In this document: one piece after another, positions 38,556-49,824 of the stretch
Numbering within the stretch: the first letter of the stretch is position 1
Layout: the number at the start of each line of letters is the position of its first letter
NCBI RefSeq assembly: GCF_039654945.1
Contig: NW_027361797.1
Span: 4,464,001 to 4,528,000 of the forward strand
Direction: 5' to 3'
Source: Dendrobates tinctorius
Taxonomy: Eukaryota
Length of the DNA stretch: 64,000 nt
Position numbers and translations under genes: made by a program
Notes under the pieces: generated by a model
Told to the model about the DNA's origin: nothing
The model's input: only the letters and a program-made list of their open reading frames with translations
Database searches by the model: none

Positions 38556-39522
38556 AAGTTATTTTTGTTTACTTGTGTCTAAACTGTTGCTTTTGCTTAT
38601 GCCATACCAGACTAGTTGAGAATTTGCACTATATTGTATACTAGCTGAAGAGCCCGGCGCTGCCCGGGCATAGTAACTAACTGTGGTTAGTTATAGCAAA
38701 TTATAATTATCTAAAGCTGATAAGAAAAGAAATACACCGCGCTATACTGGGAACTGAAAAAAATAATATAACTGAGTACTTACTTGCTGGTGTGTGAAAA
38801 AATCACGTGGTGGTGGATGTATAGCAGTATTCTGAGACTATTCACCTTGTCATAGATGTATATATTTGGATGCCAAAACTGCTGAGTAGATAATATAGGG
38901 TTAAATGGGGGTGAGCCCGTTAGTGTGTTACAGAGGGAAAAAAAAAAATAAATAAATAAATAAAATAAAATAAAATATGAACTAATCTTGATTTACTCAC
39001 TTAAGGAAATCAGAAACATATAAAATATATGCTGTAAATGTAGCCATTGCCAAGTATTAAGATTGGAATGTTGCAGCCTGTTTCTGATGTAAAAAATATA
39101 ATAGTTGAAAAATAAAACAAAAAAAAAAAAAAGAAAGAGGGGGATAAATAGATGTTTGAGATGATAACTGAATGCTGACCTTACTGCATGCCAATTTCAA
39201 CAGGCGAGGTCAGAATGATTAATCCTGTGCAAAACAAATGATGGCACAGTTCCTGCAAAGTGAATGAGCGTTAGTGACAGCATGTGCCCACTAGTGGAAC
39301 GAGGTGCTTAATTCTGGTGCACTTACTTGCAGGGCCAGTGCTCAGTGAGGCAGGCTTGGGTGCTCAGCGTGGGGGCTGGGGCTGCTGCTGCTAATCCGTA
39401 TGGACGTGGAGACCGCCGTTGCCTCGCGTGCTCCGGCCGAGAGCAACGCTGAGGGACTCGGCGTGTGATGGGGCAGGGCTAGCGTGACGTCACACTGGGG
39501 GTAAGACGGTGGCTCAAAGGCA

Positions 39523-39575
39523 GCACAATACCGACATGTTTCGAGAGATAGCTACTCTCTTCATCAGGGTTGTGC
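39523..39575 (-). ncRNA. Minimal type-I hammerhead ribozyme (pLTR copy A)
   Basis: gcacaacc-CTGATGA-a-GAGAG/CTCTC-GAAACATGTC-ggtattgtgc. Confidence 0.8.
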
Positions 39576-40496
39576 CTATTAGTGTGCAGACCGTCAATTT
39601 ATAGCAGACTGAGCCTGAATTAAGTGATCACCTGACCCAAATGCCTGATTGAGCGACTTAATTAGATGTAGTACAAAGTACTGGTGTGTCTACATGTAAC
39701 TAAATGATTGCGGGACCCTATCATTACCAATGTGCTACAGAGATGGGTTAAATTTTAACCCTATTTGGTCCAAAAATTCCTTATGAGAATTAAAAAGTGA
39801 AAAAATAAAAAATAAAAATAAAACATAACCTTTATTTATATAAATGTATAAAAAGTGTTATTAAAATTGTGTATAAAAAATCAGTTTAAAAAATTACAAT
39901 GAAAATGTGCCAAAGCCCAAAATCTACCGATGAGGTGCCTCTTTAGATGTTTGTTTCATTATACTCGAAGGGTTCATAGGCTTACATGATGGCCAAATAA
40001 ATGCACGATATTGGGGTCTTATTCAGCATAATGGCATGATTATGATTAATACCATATCCTCCTACCAAATTGATTCCAATGAATGAGATATACTTAGGTG
40101 TTATACAAAAAAAAAAAAAAAAAAAAAGAAGGTTTTAATTCCTGTTCTTATTGTATCAGGGATTTTTCTTTCCTTTTCTCCTTCTCTTTTTTTTTTTCTC
40201 CTTTCTTCCCTTTCTTTCTCCCTCTTCTTTCTTTCTTCTTTCTTCTTTTCTTCAATTTCCATCTTTTTCTTTCTTTTTTCCTTTCTATCCTTTTTGCTCT
40301 TTCCCTTCCATATATCTTATAAAATATAAAAAATATGGATCACTAAGAACTGAAAAAATTATACGTGAATAAAACACCATTTGAGTGTACTAAAAGATAA
40401 AAAAAAATTATGTCATCTTGGGGGATTGTATAAAACCATGTCTAAAATTATGATCTATAATAATAATATATGGGGGGAGGGAAAAAAAGGAGGGGG

Positions 40497-42941
40497 CTAG
40501 AATGCATACAGCTCAATTTCATGATTGAGGCCCTTTGGGGCCAGACTGTCCAGAGTGTAGATCCACCTGGATTCTACCCGGGACATTGCTTTAAGGTAGT
40601 CGCCCCTTCTTGGGTTTGACCGAACTATTTGAATGCCCAAAAAGGAAACTCCTTTGCACGATCGATTATGAGTATCCAAAAAGTGACGGGATAATGGATG
40701 TCCCTTATAGCCTTTTCTAATATTATCTAGATGCTCCTTAATCCTAACCTGAAGGGGTCTCTTAGTTCTCCCTACATAAATCTTACCACAGGGACATTTT
40801 AAAATATAAATATTTTAAAATATTTATTTTAATACGCCTGATGTTTGACACGAAATGCTATCTTGGATATAATAAGTATTATTGTTAGCTGAATCCGTGA
40901 AATGATTATGTAATTGTTTAGACGTTGCTGTTCTGATGCAACAAACACACTTCCCACATGATTGAAAGCCTGGTAGGTTTGAACTTGACCGAGCTAATTG
41001 GTGGACATGATTAATAGAACTGCGCATTTTAGTCGTAGGCGCCAATAATAGGCCTAAATTTTGCGCTTTAGTGTACACGAACCGAGGTCTTTTGGGAAGC
41101 AAGTCGCCTACATACTTGTCTCCCTGTAAATGTGACCAATGTTTACATATGATTTTGTTAAATACCTTATGGCCTGCATGAAACTGAGTAATAATGGGTA
41201 AATTTTGAATTTGTTCTTGGATAGTAGGTGGGTTATCAACTGTGGGAGGTTTGTGGATCAGAGGAGATCTTGGCATGGATTTTACCTCCTGCCTGGTCTT
41301 ATTGAGAAGCTCTATATCATACCCTTTGGCTACAAATTGATTGGTTAAATATTGTGTTTCCTTTTGATAGTCAATAGTGTTTGTACAATTACGTCTAATT
41401 CGCATATACTGGCTTTTTGGAATATTAATTAGCCATGTGGGTAGATGGCAACTACTAGTATGAATATAACTGTTGGAGTCTACCTCTTTATGGTAGCTTT
41501 TTGTAATTAATTTGCCTTGTTCAATACAAATGCTTAAGTCCAAAAAATTTATGTTGGATCTACTAACCGTGGGTGTAAACTCCAGTCCAAAATCATTGAT
41601 GTTTAATCTAGAAATGAATAAATTAAGGTCTGATAATGGGCCGTCCCAAATGAACAAAATATCATCAATGAAACGGCGCCATAATTTTATATTCTTATGT
41701 AATGTGCCATTGCTGTAAATATGTTCATGTTCCCACATGCCTACATAGATGTTTGCGAAACTAGGCGCGAATCTCGTGCCCATCGCGGTGCCATGGGTCT
41801 GAATATAGAACTGGTTTTTGTACGTGAAATAGTTGTGTTTCATGATAAAGTCAATACTGTCAAGGATGAATTGGATCTGTAGAGGTTTGTAAGTTTTTAA
41901 AGCGCCAAGAAAAAATTGTGCTGCCGCCTGACCTTTAGAAGGGTCAATGACCGTATATAATGATTTAATGTCCAGAGTTGCTAAAATAAAATTGTCATTC
42001 CACTCCAATGGTTCCAGGACATGCAAAGTGTGAGTGGTATCTTTTAAATAAGCTGGCAGCAAGGACATACATTTTTGTAGATGGTTATCCACATATTTAG
42101 ATAAGTTAGCTGTAAGGCAATTTATGCCTGATATAATAGGCCTGCCTGGTGGATTTACTGCATTTTTATGAACTTTGGGAATGTGATAAAATACTGCTAT
42201 TGATGGCGTTTTGTTAATAATAAACTGATACTCTTTTTTTGTTAGAATGCCTAAAGATTTACCTTTAAGAGCTAGAGAATTGAGTTTATTAAGAAATGAT
42301 TTTGTTGGATCTGCGGGGATTTGTTTATAAGTGACAAGATCACCTAGTAACCTCATGGATTCATTGTGATACATACTGTGATCCATAATTACGATTCCCC
42401 CGCCTTTGTCTGCAGGGCGAATGATCAAGTTTTTGTTTGCCTGCAGACTAATAATAGAATCTTTTTCACCAGCTGTTAAGTTGTGTGTCATATATCGCAT
42501 TTTGCGGTTATTTTTGTTAGCTAGTTTCCTTATATCTGTTGATACCAGAGTTTCGAAAGTTTTGAATGAATTGGAATATTCATTCAAAGGATTGAATGAG
42601 GAGGGTAAAGAAAGGCCGGTATGAATGAATTCTGAACCTTTTGTATAAGTAGTTGTTGAAGGATTATCACCCTTCTTAAGGAAATACTTTTTAAGAGCCA
42701 GATTCCGTAGGTATTTTTTGATACTAATAAATAGATTAAATGGTTTAGGATTAGCTGATGGGGCAAATTTGAGGCCCTTTTGAAGTAGTGATGCCTCATT
42801 TGGAGTAAGTTGATGAGAACTTAAATTAAAAATTTTTTGTGCATGTTGCTGGTTGTCAGTACCTTTATTTATTTTCTTTTGGGAGAATGTCCCGCCTATT
42901 TTACCTCTTTTTGTTTTTTGTTTGGAATGCGAAAAAAATCC
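40497..42941 (-). pseudogene. PLE reverse transcriptase + GIY-YIG endonuclease; open from 42941, broken only by a 21-bp in-frame insertion with stops at ~40813-33
   Basis: IFNLS..LQKGLKFAP, RPADKGG, PKVHK..PGRPIIS, LDIKSLYT, GTAMGTRFAP, RFIDDI, CGKCVCC, and IYILKCPCGKIYVGRT..R..EH..E..WI..GLN. Confidence 0.92.
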
Positions 42942-44011
42942 TTATTGATAGGTAATTGTGTTCTAGGTTTCGTTATTTTATTGGTATTTGATTGATTATG
43001 AAACCTAGGCCGTACATGGTTAGTCTTTTGGACCTGTTTCGCATACGAATTGGGCTGTCTGATTAGATTAGGGAGAGCAGAATTTCTTCTGCTAGGAATT
43101 TGTTTATGGGGCTGAGCATTGGTCGACGGAGTCGACTGTTCCCAGTCTCTGGTAGCAATTGGTTCCTCAACCAACGTTGAGAGATGGGAATATCTGTTGG
43201 TGGTAGGAATAGTTGATTGTTCTATTGGAACTGCTGGTGTTGGCAGTGGGCTTTCAGTGTATTGGGAAACCTCAAGGGGATTCACTTCCCTCGGTGAATT
43301 ACTAGGTTGAGATCTCCCGTGATTACCTGTGCGAGTTGAAACTGGTGTATACTGGGTAGAATTGGAATACGTAGAAAAAACTAGCGATGTATCCGAAATC
43401 TCAGTTGGGGATCCATCGTACTCATCCAACGTAATAAAATTATTATTAATGGAGCTATTCAGCCTCCCCTGTATTTCTGAAATATCAGTATTCCGCGTAT
43501 CAGAGATGGGGATGTTATCCCTTGCAAATTTGCGCATTTTTTTATTTATTATTTCTTTTTCTTTTTCTTTTAGCCTATAGAGAATGTTTGAGGATAGGCT
43601 TTCCAGCCCTTCTACATGATTATAAGCACTTAGTTGGTCAAATAATGTATTGATTGAACGACTGGTCTGTCTTAGATTAGCTTTCCGTTTATCAATGATG
43701 AAGTGTAGTACCTGATTGGAGAAATTGGAAAAAAGGGTATCCCATTCCGTTTGAATTTCAGGGTTGCCGAAGTCCCCTGCTAAGGTTTTATAGATGGTCA
43801 GGCCCTTGGGTACGGTTCCTGCTTGGGCATATTTTTCTAAAGATGCGATCTCCCACATATCACGCATCTCATTTACTAGTTCTTTCTCCAAAGATTTCAA
43901 TAGTGCCCTGGTTTGATTGAATTCATCCAGGGAATTGCTGGGCTCATTAAACTGTGTGCTCAAAAAGGACCTTCGGTGTTCTCTGTCCTGTATAAGAGCC
44001 TCAAAAGCCAT
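42896..44011 (-). CDS. PLE ORF1 / N-terminal domain (helical, coiled-coil-like + S/T/P/N-rich linker)
   Basis: Uninterrupted 371-aa ORF with a gccactATGG Kozak context and the WEIASLEKYAQAGTVPKGL motif. Confidence 0.75.
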   Translation of the reverse strand: MAFEALIQDREHRRSFLSTQFNEPSNSLDEFNQTRALLKSLEKELVNEMRDMWEIASLEKYAQAGTVPKGLTIYKTLAGDFGNPEIQTEWDTLFSNFSNQVLHFIIDKRKANLRQTSRSINTLFDQLSAYNHVEGLESLSSNILYRLKEKEKEIINKKMRKFARDNIPISDTRNTDISEIQGRLNSSINNNFITLDEYDGSPTEISDTSLVFSTYSNSTQYTPVSTRTGNHGRSQPSNSPREVNPLEVSQYTESPLPTPAVPIEQSTIPTTNRYSHLSTLVEEPIATRDWEQSTPSTNAQPHKQIPSRRNSALPNLIRQPNSYAKQVQKTNHVRPRFHNQSNTNKITKPRTQLPINKDFFRIPNKKQKEVK

Positions 44012-44996
44012 AGTGGCGCAGCCAAAAGTGTGTAGGCACAGATAAAAAGTAATAGATTAGTTTAAGATTAACACACTGGCGCCAGTCCACTTGGACAGAG
44101 AAGGAAGGTCCACTATTCCCAGATGCAGCTGGTGAATAACAGGCTCTGTGCTGGTGCCTGTTTAAAAGAGCTAAAGCTGATAAGAAAAGAAATACACCGC
44201 GCTATACTGGGAACTGAAAAAAATAATATAACTGAGTACTTACTTGCTGGTGTGTGAAAAAAATCACATGGTGGTGGATGTATAGCAGTATTCTGAGACT
44301 ATTCACCTTGTCATAGATGTATATATTTGGATGCCAAAACTGCTGAGTAGATAATATAGGGGTAAATGGGGGTGAGCCCGTTAGTGTGTTACAGAGGGGA
44401 AAAAAAAAAAAAAAAAAAAATAAAATAAAATATGAACTAATCTTGATTTACTCACTTAAGGAAATCAGAACCATATAAAATATATGCTGTAAATGTAGCC
44501 ATTGCCAAGTATTAAGATTGGAATGTTGCAGCCTGTTTCTGATGTAAAAAATATAATAGTCGAAAAATAAAACAAAAAAAACAAAAAAAAAAAAAAAAAA
44601 GTAAGAGGGGGATAAATAGATGTTTGAGATGATAACTGAATGCTGACCTTACTGCATGCCAATTTCAACAGGCGAGGTCAGAATGATTAATCCTGTGCAA
44701 AACAAATGATGGCACAGTTCCTGCAAAGTGAATGAGCGTTAGTGACAGCATGTGCCCACTAGTGGAACGAGGTGCTTAATTCAGGTGCACTTACTTGCAG
44801 GGCCAGTGCTCAGTGAGGCAGGCTTGGGTGCTCAGCGTGGGGGCTGGGGCTGCTGCTGCTGCTGCTAATCCGTATGGACGTGGAGACCGCCGTTGCCTCG
44901 CGTGCTCCGGCCAAGAGCAACGCTGAGGGACTCGGCGTGTGATGGGGCAGGGCTAGCGTGACGTCACACTGGGGGTAAGACGGTGGCTCAAAGGCA

Positions 44997-45049
44997 GCAC
45001 AATACCGACATGTTTCGAGAGATAGCTACTCTCTTCATCAGGGTTGTGC
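44997..45049 (-). ncRNA. Minimal type-I hammerhead ribozyme (pLTR copy B)
   Basis: Identical to copy A. Confidence 0.8.
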
Positions 45050-46114
45050 CTATTAGTGTGCAGACCGTCAATTTATAGCAGACTGAGCCTGAATTAAGTG
45101 ATCACCTGACCCAAATGCCTGATTGAGCGACTTAATTAGATGTAGTACAAAGTACTGGTGTGTCTACATGTAACTAAATGATTGCGGGACCCTATCATTA
45201 CCAATGTGCTACAGAGATGGGTTAAATTTTAACCCTATTTGGTCCAAAAATTCCTTATGAGAATTAAAAAGTGAAAAAATAAAAAATAAAAATAAAACAT
45301 AACCTTTATTTATATAAATGTATAAAAAGTGTTATTAAAATTGTGTATAAAAAATCAGTTTAAAAAATGACAATGAAAATGTGCCAAAGCCCAAAATCTA
45401 CCGATGAGGTGCCTCTTTAGATGTTTGTTTCATTATACTCGAAGGGTTCATAGGCATACATGAAGGCCAAATAAATGCACGATATTGGGGTCTTATTCAG
45501 CATAATGGCATGATTATGATTAGTACCATATCCTCCTACCAAATTGATTCCAATAAATGAGATATACTTAGGTGTTAATACAAAAAAAAAAAGAGAAGGA
45601 GAAAAGGAAAGAAAAATCCCTGATACAATAAGAACAGGAATTAAAACCTTTTTTTTTTTTTTTTGTATTAACACCTAAGTATATCTCATTTATTGGAATC
45701 AATTTGGTAGGAGGATATGGTACTAATTATAATCATGCCATTATGCTGAATAAGACCCCAATATCGTGCATTTATTTGGCCATCATGTAAGCCTATGAAC
45801 CCTTCGAGTATAATGAAACAAACATCTAAAGAGGCACCTCATCGGTAGATTTTGGGCTTTGGCACATTTTCATTGTCATTTTTTAAACTGATTTTTTATA
45901 CACAATTTTAATAACACTTTTTATACATTTATATAAATAAAGGTTATGTTTTATTTTTATTTTTTATTTTTTCACTTTTTAATTCTCATAAGGAATTTTT
46001 GGACCAAATAGGGTTAAAATTTAACCCATCTCTGTAGCACATTGGTAATGATAGGGTCCCGCAATCATTTAGTTACATGTAGACACACCAGTACTTTGTA
46101 CTACATCTAATTAA

Positions 46115-46290
46115 GTTGCTCAATCAGGCATTTGGGTCAGGTGATCACTTAATTCAGGCTCAGTCTGCTATAAATTGACGGTCTGCACACTAATAGGCAC
46201 AACCCTGATGAAGAGAGTAGCTATCTCTCGAAACATGTCGGTATTGTGCTGCCTTTGAGCCACCGTCTTACCCCCAGTGTGACGTCACGC
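46115..46290 (+). promoter_or_regulatory. Putative Pol II promoter in the pLTR (mirrored on the minus strand in copies A and B)
   Basis: TATAAA at 46169-74, ~30 nt before the hammerhead. CAAT-like at ~46121. CRE palindrome GTGACGTCAC at ~46279. Confidence 0.45.
46197..46249 (+). ncRNA. Minimal type-I hammerhead ribozyme (inverted pLTR copy C)
   Basis: CTGATGA at 46205-11, GAAA at 46230-33, palindrome ACATGT, and the GTC triplet at 46237-39. Confidence 0.8.
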
Positions 46291-48474
46291 TAGCCCTGCC
46301 CCATCACATGCCGAGTCCCTCAGCGTTGCTCTCGGCCGGAGCATGCGAGGCAACGGCGGTCTCCATGTCCATACAGATTAGCAGCAGCAGCCCCAGCCCC
46401 CACGCTGAGCACCCAAGCCTGCCTCACTGAGCACTGGCCCTGCAAGTAAGTGCACCAGAATTAAGCACCTCGTTCCACTAGTGGGCACATGCTGTCACTA
46501 ACGCTCATTCACTTTGCAGGAACTGTGCCATCATTTGTTTTGCACAGGATTAATCATTCTGACCTCGCCTGTTGAAATTGGCATGCAGTAAGGTCAGCAT
46601 TCAGTTATCATCTCAAACATCTATTTATCCCCCTCTTTCTTTTTTTTTTTTTTTTGTTTTATTTTTCAACTATTATATTTTTTACATCAGAAACAGGCTG
46701 CAACATTCCAATCTTAATACTTGGCAATGGCTACATTTACAGCATATATTTTATATGGTTCTGATTTCCTTAAGTGAGTAAATCAAGATTAGTTCATATT
46801 TTATTTTATTTTATTTTTTTTTTTTTATTTTTTCCCTCTGTAACACACTAACGGGCTCACCCCCATTTAACCCTATATTATCTACTCAGCAGTTTTGGCA
46901 TCCAAATATATACATCTATGACAAGGTGAATAGTCTCAGAATACTGCTATACATCCACCACCACGTGATTTTTTCACACACCAGCAAGTAAGTACTCAGT
47001 TATATTATTTTTTTCAGTTCCCAGTATAGCGCGGTGTATTTCTTTTCTTATCAGCTTTAGCTCTTTTAAACAGGCACCAGCACAGAGCCTGTTATTCACC
47101 AGCTGCATCTGGGAATAGTGGACCTTCCTTCTCTGTCCAAGTGGACTGGCGCCAGTGTGTTAATCTTAAACTAAATTATAATTATCCTCCATCCCATAGT
47201 CCCATGCCCATATACCCATCATACATATTCACCATCCCATAGTCCCATGCCCATATACCCATCATACTTATTCGACATCCCATAGTCGAGGGCCCATATA
47301 CCCATTACACATCCTTCATCTCACAGTCCCATGCCCATATACCCATTATACATATCCTCCATCCCATAGTCCCGTGCCCATATACCTGTCATACATATCC
47401 TTCATTCCATAGTCCCATGCCCATATACTCGTCCTACATATCCTCCATCCCATAGTCCAGTGCCCATATACTCATCACACATCCTCCATCCCATAGTCCT
47501 GTGCCCATATACCCATTATGACATCATCATCACCATGGCAACCGTTATGTCATAACCGTCACCATTGCAACCTATGATGAATCAGCGTCGCCATGGCAAC
47601 CATTGTGACATCATAATGAAGGGCGGCGCTTGATGCATACACACTTTTCCCCCACTATGTAGATAGGGGCAAAATTGTTTGGTGAATTGGAACGCACGGG
47701 GTTAAAATTTTGCCTCACAACATAGCCTAGGACACTCTCGGGGTACAGACGTGTGACTGTGCCAAATTTTGTGGCTGTAGCTGTGACGGTTCGGATGCCA
47801 ATCCCAGACATACATACATACATACACACACTTGAGCTTTATATAATAGGTAATTATTAATTTTGTGCAAGCTTTTTAAATGGAATCTTTCAGTAGGATC
47901 AACCTTCCTAAACTGTCTATGTGGCCATGCAGGTCATAGTAAGTTGACTAAAATAATGCTTTGACATCTGGGATCTGATGTTTTATTCCAGAGAAATCCA
48001 CATTTTTGTTATATGCAAAGGAGCTGCTAAGATCTATGAGCTGGACACAGATATCCCTGAAAATCTGCCTCCAGAGCTTATTTTAAATGAAAGGGGAGCA
48101 TTACTAGTGTGATAAGTATTGACTGACACTTTTGCTCTAATAATGACACACAGCCCTGTGGTGAGATCGAACTAAAATACTACAGCAGAGTTGACAAATT
48201 ACAGCAAAGCTAACACAGTACAGCAGAGGTGAATTTTGTCTCATTACAAAAATATTGACAGCTGCAGTTCTTTTACAGTATATTGGTTTCTATCTCAAAG
48301 GCAGACAGTTTAGGAGAATGGGTGTAGAGCTGAGCTAATAGCTCTATGAGAGGATAACTGCAAATGTGCTTAATTTGTTTGTTATTAGAAAAGATTCAAA
48401 TCTGTCGTACTACATTATCATGTTAGTTATTACCAGGCACAGCTCTGCATCAAAGCTGTCAGCACTATACTAAG

Positions 48475-49389
48475 TGTTATGAATGGGTCACCGAGGAGGA
48501 AAACAAGACCAAGCCAAGTCACAGAAAACAAGAGAGTTTGGTAACTAAGCGGATTGCAGACCCCTGATCCTATCTACACAACTAGCAGCAGCCGTGGAGC
48601 GTACCTACGATGATTCTAGATGCTTCGTCACAGCCGCAGGACTAAATAAGCCTAAAGCAAGAAAAGGGGAAATCTAACACTGCCCCAGAGCAGACCCCAA
48701 AGGAATAGACAGCCCCCACACATGTATTGACAGTGAGACAAGATGAAAACATGAACACAGGTAGGAAAATAGGCTGAACAAACGATGGGGCCCACACTAG
48801 CTAGAAAGGACCGTAAAAGGAAAGATACCGTCTGCAATTACGCCAAAAAAACGTGCAAAAATGTCCAACACTTCTGATAGCAAAAAATACCCTGAAGTCA
48901 CTAGACTTCTCCCACTATATCAGCACTCTGGCATATTCTGAGAACAAAGCAAAAAGATGCCAATCTAATAAGGGACAAAAAGCAAACTGGCACACACAGT
49001 GACATAAGAATGGAAATTCAGCACAGCCCCAGCCGGGGCTGGCTGGCCACACAAAAAACTGAATAGACCAAACCAAATCAAATGTGAACATTAGCAGAGA
49101 ACACTTAGCTTGGAAAGGCAGGAACTGAGCTGGAAACTAAGACCTCAGGAGGCAGGAAAAAATCACAAGCATGGGAATAGGGAGACGGCTGTCTTAAATC
49201 CAGTCTGAGACTCCAGATGTCCAATCCTCTTCCTCATTATCAGGTGGCAGGTATCTGTTAATTAGATCAGCTTCACTACCTCCTGCCACCACCAGAGGGA
49301 GCCCGGAAAGAGAACTCACAACTCCTCTGTCAGCACAACCAGCTCCCCCACCAGAAACCAGAGGCCGACCAGAAAATGAGTTCACAACA
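48475..49389 (-). mobile_element. Solo LTR of a chromovirus related to the 16193-33751 element
   Basis: Minus-strand termini are TGTTGTGAACTCATTT...GGTGACCCATTCATAACA. The 6-bp TSD ACTAAG is at 48469-74 and 49390-95. Confidence 0.85.
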
Positions 49390-49392
49390 ACT

Positions 49393-49635
49393 AAGTGGCT
49401 AGCACTGTTTCTTTGCAGTACTGGGAGCATCTGTTCAAATCTCACCAAGAACACATCTGCAAGGAGTTTGTATGTACTCTCTTTGCTTGCATTGCTTTCC
49501 TTGTTTACTCCGGTTTCCTTCCACACTACAAAGACATATAAATAATAAGACAGATAAATAATGTAGATTATGAGCCCTAATGGGGACGGCCCATAACAAG
49601 TGAGAAAAATAAATAAATGCTGCTGCAAATGTTTG
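49393..49635 (+). mobile_element. Degenerate V-SINE-like SINE
   Basis: gttcaaatc B-box and catctgcaaggagtttgtatg core, shared with 10849-11120. Confidence 0.7.
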
Positions 49636-49824
49636 TGATGAGACAAAGTTCACTTTTGATGTAATGTGTTAACTTTTCTGTACTTATTATTTGTGACCTC
49701 ACTGCAGAGTTGTGTTTGTGTGTGATTATGGTTGTAAAGTGTCAGTCATTTCATGTCATGTCTCACACTAGTATTGAACCCTTTATTTAAATTAAGCTCT
49801 GGAAATAGATTCTCTTGTAGATCC

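Larger units (their letters stand above)
38712..47172 (-). mobile_element. Penelope-like retroelement (Neptune-like), near full length, with direct pLTRs and an inverted pLTR copy
   Basis: RT + GIY-YIG. pLTR copies lie at 38711-~40130 and 44171-45592, with an inverted copy at 45582-47172. The TSD aaattataattat(c) is at 38698-711 and 47173-186. Confidence 0.93.
38639..47850 (+). mobile_element. Helentron/HINE-like element (copy 3), split by the Penelope insertion
   Basis: The 5' end (38639-38711) and the remainder (47173-47850) join to give the same sequence as copies 2 and 4. Confidence 0.7.
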
